Positions 50,886 to 59,568 of a DNA stretch of 64,000 nucleotides are shown piece after piece. Positions within the stretch are counted from its first letter, which is position 1. Every line of letters begins with the position of its first letter. The notes beneath the pieces were generated by a model. It ran no database searches. It had not been told where the DNA came from and saw only the letters and a program-made list of their open reading frames with translations. The position numbers and the translations under genes are program-made. Location: contig JAHQWH010000189.1 in the NCBI GenBank assembly GCA_029856105.1, positions 32,001-96,000 on the forward strand. Reading direction: 5' to 3'. The stretch comes from Promethearchaeia archaeon (lineage in GTDB: Archaea > Asgardarchaeota > Lokiarchaeia > Sigyniarchaeales > SOKP01).

Positions 50886-51740
50886 TTATTCTTTTTTCTC
50901 TAATTTACTTATATTATCTATGTTTTTTATTAATATGCTTAAAAGTACCGTTTCGTAATATTTGAATGTGCTTTTTGCTTTTTGAATGGTACGATATTTG
51001 AATTTATTTGAATTTTTCAGGGTTTTATCGCTTAAAATCTTCTTATTTGAATTCCTATTTTTTAAAAATGGATTTAAACGCTCACTGAAAATAATAAATA
51101 ATTGGAACTGTGGATTTGAAACAGTTTCTAAAGTTTGCATAATTATATGATTAGCCAAATTTAACCGTGGATTAATTAAAATTAGTTTAATGTTGTTTGA
51201 ATCTTTTGTAATAAAATTATAGGGAAAGCTTTTTTTATCAAAATTCACGACAACATATTTCTGACTCAATAATTGAAATTCTTGGTTATAAATCGAGAAA
51301 AATGAAGGTATAATTTGTTGAGATTCTCTTTTAATATCTCTAATCGCTTTATTTTTTCCTTTATCAGCTTTTATTTTAAGCCAGATGTTAACTACATTAA
51401 AACCATAAGTGCTTAAACCTTCCGTCAATATTTTCAATAACATTTGTTTTCTATGCGTTCTTATTATAAAAATTGTAGGTTTAGACGAGATTTCTTCTTG
51501 AATTACTTTGGATTTAGTCAAATTCCACTTTTTTATGTAAATTGAGGGGCGATTTAAGTTAAAACTAAGAGCCTTAACCGTTGTTCGCGTCAAAAACTCG
51601 TTTGACAAAGAAAACCTCCATCTATACGCTTCTTTAAATATTTTTACGCTGATTAGAAGTAAAACTAACAAAAATATTATGATGGTATCAACTAAAATCC
51701 AATCCACTCGAAAGATATCAAAGGCCATAAGATTATCCAA
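50886..51740 (-). CDS. Hypothetical protein with N-terminal TM helix
   Basis: 284-aa ORF. Confidence 0.6.
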   Translation of the reverse strand: MDNLMAFDIFRVDWILVDTIIIFLLVLLLISVKIFKEAYRWRFSLSNEFLTRTTVKALSFNLNRPSIYIKKWNLTKSKVIQEEISSKPTIFIIRTHRKQMLLKILTEGLSTYGFNVVNIWLKIKADKGKNKAIRDIKRESQQIIPSFFSIYNQEFQLLSQKYVVVNFDKKSFPYNFITKDSNNIKLILINPRLNLANHIIMQTLETVSNPQFQLFIIFSERLNPFLKNRNSNKKILSDKTLKNSNKFKYRTIQKAKSTFKYYETVLLSILIKNIDNISKLEKKE

Positions 51741-51750
51741 CTTTTATTAA

Positions 51751-52065
51751 TTAATCTACAACTTCACTAATCCAATTTAAATACGTTTCGGAACCCTTAT
51801 TAATCTTCAAACCAATGCATTCCGGTTCAGAATAGGAATGAAGTTCTTTAACTTTCTGAATTATTAATTCTCCCTTGCTTTCCTTAGTTTTAATTATTAA
51901 TAGATGTTCGTTGTCCTCTTCAATATTTCCTTTCCACGAATAAATTGATAGTATATTTTGAATTATGTTTACGCATGCGGCTAGCTTACTTTTAACCAAA
52001 ACTCTTGCTATTTTTTTACCTTCTTCAATATTTGGAACTGTAACTAAAAAAACATAAAAATCCAT
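51751..52065 (-). CDS. cutA: Divalent-cation tolerance protein CutA
   Basis: LAACVNI, SIY.W.G.I, IKT, HSY..PE, YL.WI. Confidence 0.95.
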   Translation of the reverse strand: MDFYVFLVTVPNIEEGKKIARVLVKSKLAACVNIIQNILSIYSWKGNIEEDNEHLLIIKTKESKGELIIQKVKELHSYSEPECIGLKINKGSETYLNWISEVVD

Positions 52066-52197
52066 TTTAATCCCTTAGTCGTTATATCTAATATTTTATA
52101 ATGTACATCTTAATTTCAATTTATTTAAGAAATTAGCGCCATTAGAAAATTGATTTATTCTGTAGTATTTAAATACATTATTTTGAATACATTATAA

Positions 52198-52830
52198 ATG
52201 ATAATCTCTTTTTTTTTAATCACAATCAATCAACCTATAAATAATTTAGAAGAATGGCTAAAAGTGATTGATAATTCTTTTATTGCATTTAATTCCTTTG
52301 TAGAATTGTTATTTGGGTATTTTAAATACATTTTTTTTGGAATTTTATTAATTATTGGAATTTTAACTCTGTTAAGTTTAAGAGGTACTTACTTTTTAGA
52401 AAGAATCAGATATAGTAAGGAAGAAAAGTTAGAAGATAATCCTATGACTAAACCACGATTAATCTTAGGCACAAGTTATATTATAATATCTTTTGGAATT
52501 CTATTCGATTGGTTCACATACTTTTTGATTGTTGTTTTAGATCCCTTGCCAGATCGTCTAATTTTCAATTTTATCCAATTATCGGATACAATTAACCTGT
52601 TTGATCTCAACAGAATTTCTGATATTAGTCAAGTAATTTACCCATACGAGAAAACAATATATTACATCGTTGCTTTATTCTCACTTGGTGCCATAATAGA
52701 TATAACAATAAACATTTGTCAGATAATTAACGCTCGAAAAAGCGTAAGGAAATATTTTTTTTTTTTAATCGGTGGAATCGTAGACGGGATATTAACTGGC
52801 TTTACAACTTGCCTTCCATTATTCCTTTAA
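52198..52830 (+). CDS. Hypothetical membrane protein
   Basis: About 4 TM segments. Confidence 0.65.
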   Translation: MIISFFLITINQPINNLEEWLKVIDNSFIAFNSFVELLFGYFKYIFFGILLIIGILTLLSLRGTYFLERIRYSKEEKLEDNPMTKPRLILGTSYIIISFGILFDWFTYFLIVVLDPLPDRLIFNFIQLSDTINLFDLNRISDISQVIYPYEKTIYYIVALFSLGAIIDITINICQIINARKSVRKYFFFLIGGIVDGILTGFTTCLPLFL

Positions 52831-52950
52831 TTAAAATTTCCCTTTTTCTTATTTTTTTTTGATTTTAAAACCGGTTTTAACAAAAAATGAAGATATAAAT
52901 TATTAAAATTTATATAAATAATAAAAAAAAAATTATTATACTTTGAGGAG

Positions 52951-53682
52951 TTGATTGTAATCCTTCACAACGTTTACCTAATATCAAATTTTACGGGCAT
53001 TTGTTTAGTTCATAGGAAGTATGGGACTATAGAGTTTAACCAAGATTTAGTATCTGGTTTTTTAACAGCATTAAAAGATTTTTCAGTAGAGTTCTCGAAA
53101 GGATCGGGCGAATTGAAAATCATTGATATGCAAATATTTTATCTCCTTCTTGTTTTTAAGGAAGGAATCCTGTGCACAGCAGCAGCTGATAAAAATGATG
53201 ATGCAAAAATAACCCATAAAGTTCTTAGTGAGATTATAGATAACTTCCTGGAAAAGTTTGGAAACCTAATGGACTGGTCAGGAGATGTCAGGATGTTCAA
53301 GGGTTTTGAAAATGTTATGGATGTTATGCTAAAGGACGGTCATGTGTCAGAAGTCCCCTTAAAGATTCCCATCCTGAAGATATTTGAGAAAGATTTTGTA
53401 AAATCACGGAAGCAGATCGCTAAAAAAGGACTGGTATTGTCAGAAGAGGATTTAAGGGACGCTCAGAACCAGAAACCGATGTGGACATCAAAGCGACTTC
53501 CCTCCCAAGTAATTACACAAGGATTCTTGAATAAGGAACAATTTAAAATTGCTCATTTAGCGGATGGATTTCACACTATTTCGGATATCGCGGAGGAAGC
53601 AGGGGTGCCACGATCAGAGATAGATGTAATGATCGATGATCTGGATGACTTAGGGCTTTTAAAGTTTATCGATATTAAATAA
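52951..53682 (+). CDS. Longin-like domain protein with C-terminal winged helix
   Basis: VYLI...G.CL..R.Y.....DLVSGFLTAL..F longin pattern; DG.HTISDIA...G......MI..L...GLL wHTH. Confidence 0.7.
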   Translation: MIVILHNVYLISNFTGICLVHRKYGTIEFNQDLVSGFLTALKDFSVEFSKGSGELKIIDMQIFYLLLVFKEGILCTAAADKNDDAKITHKVLSEIIDNFLEKFGNLMDWSGDVRMFKGFENVMDVMLKDGHVSEVPLKIPILKIFEKDFVKSRKQIAKKGLVLSEEDLRDAQNQKPMWTSKRLPSQVITQGFLNKEQFKIAHLADGFHTISDIAEEAGVPRSEIDVMIDDLDDLGLLKFIDIK

Positions 53683-53854
53683 GCAGTAATGGTTTTCTTT
53701 TTATCTAATTTCGGGAAATAAGAAATTGGGTTTAATTTTAAATTCCTCATTATATTTTAAAAAAAAATCTTCGATAAGATTTTTTAAATTATTTCTTGGT
53801 TTTAAAAGTCGTAAACATAAAATTTATGAAAATAATTTCACTTATTTAGTTAGT

Positions 53855-55327
53855 ATGAATGTAATTAAGATTGATGAGAACATTTACGAAATACCGCCAA
53901 AAACTTTAATGGCGCGTGTAGAAGGCAAAATCGCGAAGTTTCAAATGAAAGTGCCGGTACATATTTATGCGAACGAGTACATATTGGAAAAGATCAAGAA
54001 CGACAGAACGCTTGATCAGATTAGCAACGTTGCTTGTCTTCCAGGAATACAGAAGCATGCAATTGCGCTCTCCGATGCTCATCAAGGATATGGATTTTGT
54101 ATAGGGGGTGTTGCTGGAACTGACGCCGAATCGGGTATGATTTCGCCGGGGGGTGTAGGATACGATATTAATTGTGGTGTAAGGTTATTAAGGACAAACC
54201 TTCACCTTAAAGACATCAATAGCTCAATTCCCAGTTTATTAAATGTTATTTTTAAGAATATACCATCAGGTTTAGGAAGTAAAGGTAAATTAAATATAAG
54301 TTATTCAGATTTAGATAATGTATTAGATAATGGTTTGAATTGGGCTTTAGAAAATGGTTATGCGATTGAAGAGGATATATTGCACTGTGAAGAAAACGGT
54401 TTTTTAAAGGATGCTAATTCAAAAGTGGTTTCCCAGAAAGCTAAGCAGAGGGGGTTAAAGCAACTTGGTTCTTTAGGAAGTGGCAATCATTTTATAGAAA
54501 TCCAGAAGGTTGATAAAATCTACAATGATTCTATCGCAAAAAAATTAGGAATTTTTGATAAGGATCAAATAACAGTTATGGTTCATACAGGGTCGCGAGC
54601 TCTTGGTCATCAAGTATGCACCGATTCTTTACGAAATGTCGAACAGGCAATGAAAAAATACGATATCAAAGTTCCTGATCGCGAATTAGCTTGTGTACCA
54701 GCTGATACTCCCGAAGCAAAAAATTATTTAAGTAGCATGGCGTCTGCTGCAAATTTTGGGTTCAACAACCGTCAATTAATTACCCATTGGTTAAGACAAT
54801 CTTTTCAAGATTATTTTAGAAAGAGTTTAGACGAGCTAGACTTTAAATTAATTTATGGTGTATGTCATAATATTTTAAAAATAGAGGAACACGAAGTTAA
54901 TGGTAAAAAAATGAAATTAAATGTTCATAGAAAAGGAGCAACCAGAGCTTTTCCACCAGGACACCGAGATCTACCGCAAGATTATAAAAATATTGGTCAA
55001 CCAGCTTTGATTCCTGGTACTATGGGATCAGCTTCCTACTTATGCGTTGGAAGGCCAAAAGCGATGGATCTTTCTTTTGGATCCACCGCTCATGGATCTG
55101 GTAGAGTAATGTCAAGATCCAAAGCTAAAAAAATATATTGGGGTTCTAAAGTTAAAGAAGATTTAAAAAATAGAGGAATAATTGTTAAAGCTGCTTCACC
55201 TAAAATAATTGCTGAGGAAGCTCCAGGGGCATACAAAGATATAGATCAAGTAGTACAAGTAAGTCAAGACCTTGGAATCATAGAAAAAATTGTAAGGTTA
55301 ATCCCAATAGGGGTTGTAAAAGGTTAA
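53855..55327 (+). CDS. rtcB: RNA-splicing ligase RtcB
   Basis: DAHQGYGF.IGG, GVGYDINCG, LGSGNHF.E, HTGSR, HN, HRKGATR, PG.MG..S, HG.GR, EEAP.AYK; ATG 53855. Confidence 0.97.
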   Translation: MNVIKIDENIYEIPPKTLMARVEGKIAKFQMKVPVHIYANEYILEKIKNDRTLDQISNVACLPGIQKHAIALSDAHQGYGFCIGGVAGTDAESGMISPGGVGYDINCGVRLLRTNLHLKDINSSIPSLLNVIFKNIPSGLGSKGKLNISYSDLDNVLDNGLNWALENGYAIEEDILHCEENGFLKDANSKVVSQKAKQRGLKQLGSLGSGNHFIEIQKVDKIYNDSIAKKLGIFDKDQITVMVHTGSRALGHQVCTDSLRNVEQAMKKYDIKVPDRELACVPADTPEAKNYLSSMASAANFGFNNRQLITHWLRQSFQDYFRKSLDELDFKLIYGVCHNILKIEEHEVNGKKMKLNVHRKGATRAFPPGHRDLPQDYKNIGQPALIPGTMGSASYLCVGRPKAMDLSFGSTAHGSGRVMSRSKAKKIYWGSKVKEDLKNRGIIVKAASPKIIAEEAPGAYKDIDQVVQVSQDLGIIEKIVRLIPIGVVKG

Positions 55328-55372
55328 ATTTTTATTTTATTTATTTTCCTATATGAAAAAATTATTTTAAAG

Positions 55373-55810
55373 TTAAATATCAAATACTATATCAATTATG
55401 GTGCTTGCGTGTTTTTCTACTATATTCATAAAGGAATAAGTTATAGCCTTAACTTCAATTCCTATTTCGTGTTTATCCAAATCGAATTTTTCACCTTTTA
55501 GAGTAGCTTGCAACTTGTAATTATCGTTGAATTTTTCAATTTTACTTACATAGATTTGACTAAAAACAAGCTCATCTACATCAAAAATATACAAAAATTC
55601 CGAGAGAAAATCAAATAATAGGGCTTCTTTATCCTCAGCCTTAATTGTTATTTTTTTTTCGATTTTAGGAGTTATTTTTTTTAAGTCTGGCGTTATAGTC
55701 GCCATTAAACTATAAGCGGTTTGCGAAAAGGCTTCTTCTAATGATGAGCCCCAACTTCTTACCTGAACATCTGCAGTATGCTCTCTAAACTCAAATCCGG
55801 CTTTTTTCAT
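55373..55810 (-). CDS. Archease (RtcB cofactor)
   Basis: EHTADV, LEEAF, GE.FD...H...EVKA.TY, VFDI; convergent with rtcB. Confidence 0.95.
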   Translation of the reverse strand: MKKAGFEFREHTADVQVRSWGSSLEEAFSQTAYSLMATITPDLKKITPKIEKKITIKAEDKEALLFDFLSEFLYIFDVDELVFSQIYVSKIEKFNDNYKLQATLKGEKFDLDKHEIGIEVKAITYSFMNIVEKHASTIIDIVFDI

Positions 55811-55930
55811 ACGAATCGTATTATTTTTAGTATAGATTTACTATAAATAGTCTCGTTTAAAATTAAATCTTTTGTTGTTTAATTTAATTTTCCTAGGAGT
55901 TTAAAATAATAGGTCTGAAATTGTAATTAT

Positions 55931-56446
55931 ATGTTGAGTACAATTCAAAGTATGTTTATTGATAACTTGCTTCTTTATCAAAAATTGGATATGAGAAAAA
56001 TATTTTCTAACAATGAACTTTTACTTTTTCACTTCTTCCATGATATAACCAACATTTTTCCCCATAACATTATTATCGTTAAAGATATTGTGTTTTTCTT
56101 CCTTGATAACGAAAATTATTTTGAAGCGAAAATGAAATTGCCATACCTTCGAAAGAAATTTCAGCACAGAAGAATTGTCCTTGTTCGGGAAGAAAATATA
56201 TTAGTTAATTTGATTTTTGGTTTTTTTCCTGATCCATATATTCATAAATTAAGAATAGAAAGAAATATTTATACTGGAAAAATAGAAATTATTGTGGGAT
56301 TTCTCTCTTACGAAGAACGAGGAATTGCAGTAGGTTGTAATGGCGATTATATTAAAGCTGTGAACGAAATCTTCGATACTCAGATTAAGTTTGCGGAATA
56401 TCAAGGATTTCCGGTAAGAATAAAATGTGAAGTAGTTAAGTTATAA
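55931..56446 (+). CDS. NusA-like KH-domain protein
   Basis: RGIAVGCNG.YIK...EI KH GxxG loop; FFP. Confidence 0.55.
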   Translation: MLSTIQSMFIDNLLLYQKLDMRKIFSNNELLLFHFFHDITNIFPHNIIIVKDIVFFFLDNENYFEAKMKLPYLRKKFQHRRIVLVREENILVNLIFGFFPDPYIHKLRIERNIYTGKIEIIVGFLSYEERGIAVGCNGDYIKAVNEIFDTQIKFAEYQGFPVRIKCEVVKL

Positions 56447-56452
56447 ATGAAA

Positions 56453-57232
56453 TTACCAAGGAACATCTTTTAATTTTATTAGATAAGCAATTGTGTTAGC
56501 AATAAGGCTAACAGACGGAGTTAGAATTAGTAGAAAAATTATAATATTGATATCTGGGATAACATAAAAACCCGGAAAAAATAAAGCAGGTATTGAGGCA
56601 AAAACAATAGCCCCTACAGCAAAATCTAATTGATCTACAACCCAAAAAGGTGCGCCACTTTTTATATTAAACCTTCTCTTGAGAAAAGATCCTGCTAAGT
56701 CTCCAAATGCAGCACCGTACGAGCAAAAAATTATTCTAAAGCCCAGCATCAATATCCCTATTGGAAAAGGTCCACCTATAAAATAATACTGATAATAGGA
56801 AATGTCAGAGTACAATTTATAAATCCCTAATGTTGCTCCCGTTATTGGGATCTGTTGTATAGCGGGCCAAAGCACTATAAATAGCAAAAACAATGCGCAA
56901 CTTAATGGAATACCAATGAATAACGGTCCTTTAATAAGTCCAGAAACGGTTTTATGATCTCCTAACATTCTTCTTCCATCACGCCAATTTTTTCCACGAT
57001 CTAAAGGTTTTCCGCCGCCAACGATGACCATTCCAGCATTCGAGAAATATGCGGGAACGATAAAAAGCATGCTAAATATAAGGGTCGCCACCCAATCGGA
57101 CCAAGTAAATAATACGGAAACAATTAAAAAGTTTAAAAATAGTAAGCACATAAAAATTACAGTTAAAAGTATTGCAAATTTTATATTTCTTCTCTTGTTA
57201 TCTCTCTTATCACTATGTGTCGACATTATCAT
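56453..57232 (-). CDS. carS: CDP-archaeol synthase
   Basis: PAY..N, P.D.G....DGRR.LGD.KT, GD..GSF.KRR, DQLDF, K.VPW. Confidence 0.92.
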   Translation of the reverse strand: MIMSTHSDKRDNKRRNIKFAILLTVIFMCLLFLNFLIVSVLFTWSDWVATLIFSMLFIVPAYFSNAGMVIVGGGKPLDRGKNWRDGRRMLGDHKTVSGLIKGPLFIGIPLSCALFLLFIVLWPAIQQIPITGATLGIYKLYSDISYYQYYFIGGPFPIGILMLGFRIIFCSYGAAFGDLAGSFLKRRFNIKSGAPFWVVDQLDFAVGAIVFASIPALFFPGFYVIPDINIIIFLLILTPSVSLIANTIAYLIKLKDVPW

Positions 57233-57465
57233 TCCTATAAATAAAAAATTAGATTGAATAATTTTTAATTAAAATTAAATTTTGGTAAATATAACTGAAT
57301 ATACTAAACCCTTAATAATATTGCTCCTTAAATAATTATCTTTTAATATTCCGACAATAATAATATAAATTATTGCTTAGATTGTTGCAAATCGAATAAA
57401 ACGAGAAAAATGTATTAAAGCTTTAACATTTTATCAATAATTTTTCGATTAATAATTAAGTTTAA

Positions 57466-57513
57466 ATAGAGTGGAATCGAAATATTTTATTATGCGATAT
57501 TTCGAGTGGAAAC
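57466..57513 (+). promoter_or_regulatory. Two mini-ORB-like boxes upstream of cdc6 (possible Orc1/Cdc6 binding site or origin)
   Basis: ATAGAGTGGAATC (57466-78) and TTCGAGTGGAAAC (57501-13) versus ORB core TTCCAGTGGAAAC; 9-bp inverted repeat TCGAAATAT/ATATTTCGA between them. Confidence 0.5.
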
Positions 57514-57533
57514 TATATTCATGGTGTGATTAA

Positions 57534-58856
57534 ATGTTGACGAATCAAAACGGTAATAACACATATTCTTTTAATATCGATAAGTTTTACCGAAATTACT
57601 TAAAAGGTCCAAATCTTTTTAGGAAGCGCGAAGCTCTCGAACCTTCATTCATTCCTGATGAATTACCACATCGAAACTCTGAGATTGAAAAGATTGCGGG
57701 TATAACTGCGTGTGCTTTAAAAGGGGATGTTCCACCCAATTTCTTATGTTATGGGATGACTGGAACGGGTAAAACTGCCACCGTCCGTTATGTTTCACAA
57801 AAATTAGCTCAACATTGCACTAATAATCCTCCATGGTGGATATATATCAATTGTACTGTAGTTTCAACGCCTTATAGAATTCTAGCTCATATCTATAACA
57901 CTATTGTCGGAAGAGAGAAAATCCCAGCGACGGGTTTGCCTAAAGATGTTATTCTCAAAAAATTACTTGGTTTATTGGATCAAAAAGTTAAAAATAGTGT
58001 ATGCTTTCTTGTTTTAGATGAAATCGATATCTTAATAGAAAAAAAAGGAGGAAATGAAATTCTTTATACTTTAACTAGACTTAATGAAAGCTTAGATTTA
58101 TGTAGAACAAGTGTTATTGGAATCTCTAACAAACTAAAGTTTATGGAATATTTAGATTCAAGAGTTACATCGAATTTAGATGAAGAAGAACCAATTGTTT
58201 TTCACCCTTATAATGCAAACGAATTGGCAGATATTCTAAAATTAAGAGCTAAGATTGCATTTCATGAAGGTATTATCGAAGAAGGGGTAATAAAGTTGTG
58301 TGCGGGGCTCGCTGCAAGGGAGCATGGAGATGCAAGAAAGGCACTACAATTACTAAGAAAAGCAGGAGAGATTGCGGAAAGAAATCAAAACAAAAAAATT
58401 TTTGAAAAACATGTAGAAAATGCCCAAAAAGATATTGATAAGGATCACATCGTCGAATATATGTTATCAATGCCACTTCAAGCTCAATTAACGTTAACAG
58501 CTATTTTTTTGTTATCTAAGTATACCCGAGAACACATAATAACTTCGGGAGATATTTACGATGTTCATTCAGAACTTACAAATAAAGTTCCGGGCGTGAA
58601 ACAATTAACTCATAGAAGAATAAGTGATTATATTAATGAGTTAGCATTATCAGGTTTAATTACTGCCAACACGAGGTCTATGGGACATTATGGGCGCACT
58701 AAAATAATAAATCTCGATATAGAAAGTGAGTTAGTAGAACGAGTTTTATCTCAAATTAAGAAAATACAGGATTATAAATTGTTAAATTACAAACCTATTT
58801 TGCTTCAAACTGATAAAGTTAAAGTAAAGAATATTGTTTTTAAAAAGTTAATTTAA
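57534..58856 (+). CDS. cdc6: Orc1/Cdc6 replication initiator
   Basis: P..LPHR, G.TGTGKT, YINC, VLDEID, F.PY...EL..IL..R, GDARKA, wHTH with G.YGRT. Confidence 0.96.
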   Translation: MLTNQNGNNTYSFNIDKFYRNYLKGPNLFRKREALEPSFIPDELPHRNSEIEKIAGITACALKGDVPPNFLCYGMTGTGKTATVRYVSQKLAQHCTNNPPWWIYINCTVVSTPYRILAHIYNTIVGREKIPATGLPKDVILKKLLGLLDQKVKNSVCFLVLDEIDILIEKKGGNEILYTLTRLNESLDLCRTSVIGISNKLKFMEYLDSRVTSNLDEEEPIVFHPYNANELADILKLRAKIAFHEGIIEEGVIKLCAGLAAREHGDARKALQLLRKAGEIAERNQNKKIFEKHVENAQKDIDKDHIVEYMLSMPLQAQLTLTAIFLLSKYTREHIITSGDIYDVHSELTNKVPGVKQLTHRRISDYINELALSGLITANTRSMGHYGRTKIINLDIESELVERVLSQIKKIQDYKLLNYKPILLQTDKVKVKNIVFKKLI

Positions 58857-59536
58857 CTTAAAAAATCCCAATTATTAATTTCATTAGTAATACTTTCAAG
58901 AAAAAATGAAGCCGATTTTTCATTTTTTTTCTTTAAAAGTAAAAATAACTTTGCTAAATGTTTACAGAATTTTTTGTTCTCAGCTCTATTAGTTTGGAAA
59001 TCATGGCAATTATGCTTAATGAATTTATCATTTATGGATATTTCAATATTATATGGAGCATCTTTAGAGCCTTTAACTTCAGCTTTAATGATCTTACCCT
59101 TAGGATCGAATTTAATTATATTAAATGCGCTATCTGATACGGTGACTGCTCTGTTTATAGTTCCTTTATCTAAAAACGCTTTTAATAGAGTATTAAACTT
59201 ATTTAAATTATTTTTATCAAAGTTATCTATTTCTTGTGTTTCCTTTTTGGAAGATTCGATTTTTTTTAAAATTTGAGCTTTTCTTTTTATGTGCCAATTC
59301 TTTAATTTTTGTTCTAAATTATTTGATAATTTAAACATATTGTTAGGGATTTCTATTAAAAAATTGTTGTCAATAACCTTTTGTATGAATTGATTTGCGC
59401 CGTTAGGTGAAAAAAGGAATAATTCAAACGATAATTCATACAGTAAGTCACTTAGAGATATAGATGGGAGCTCAATAATTTTCCAAATATATAAAACCAT
59501 CTCAGAATTGTTATTTCTTGGGATTGCAAAGTTCAC
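58853..59536 (-). CDS. SWIM zinc-finger-like protein
   Basis: V.GS...PY, HNCHDF.......FCKHL. Confidence 0.75.
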   Translation of the reverse strand: MNFAIPRNNNSEMVLYIWKIIELPSISLSDLLYELSFELFLFSPNGANQFIQKVIDNNFLIEIPNNMFKLSNNLEQKLKNWHIKRKAQILKKIESSKKETQEIDNFDKNNLNKFNTLLKAFLDKGTINRAVTVSDSAFNIIKFDPKGKIIKAEVKGSKDAPYNIEISINDKFIKHNCHDFQTNRAENKKFCKHLAKLFLLLKKKNEKSASFFLESITNEINNWDFLS

Positions 59537-59568
59537 TTAAAACTACCTATTTCATTTTATTTTAACAA

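Noticed and set aside
53726-53854. N-terminal extension of RtcB in the ORF track
   Set aside because: Low-complexity AT-rich sequence; RtcB similarity begins at ATG 53855.
53890-53950. Possible in-frame intron near the start of rtcB (AAACTT...AAGTTT, GCG/CGC pairing)
   Set aside because: No 3-4-3 BHB geometry could be built, and the frame is open, so it is more likely a protein-level insertion.
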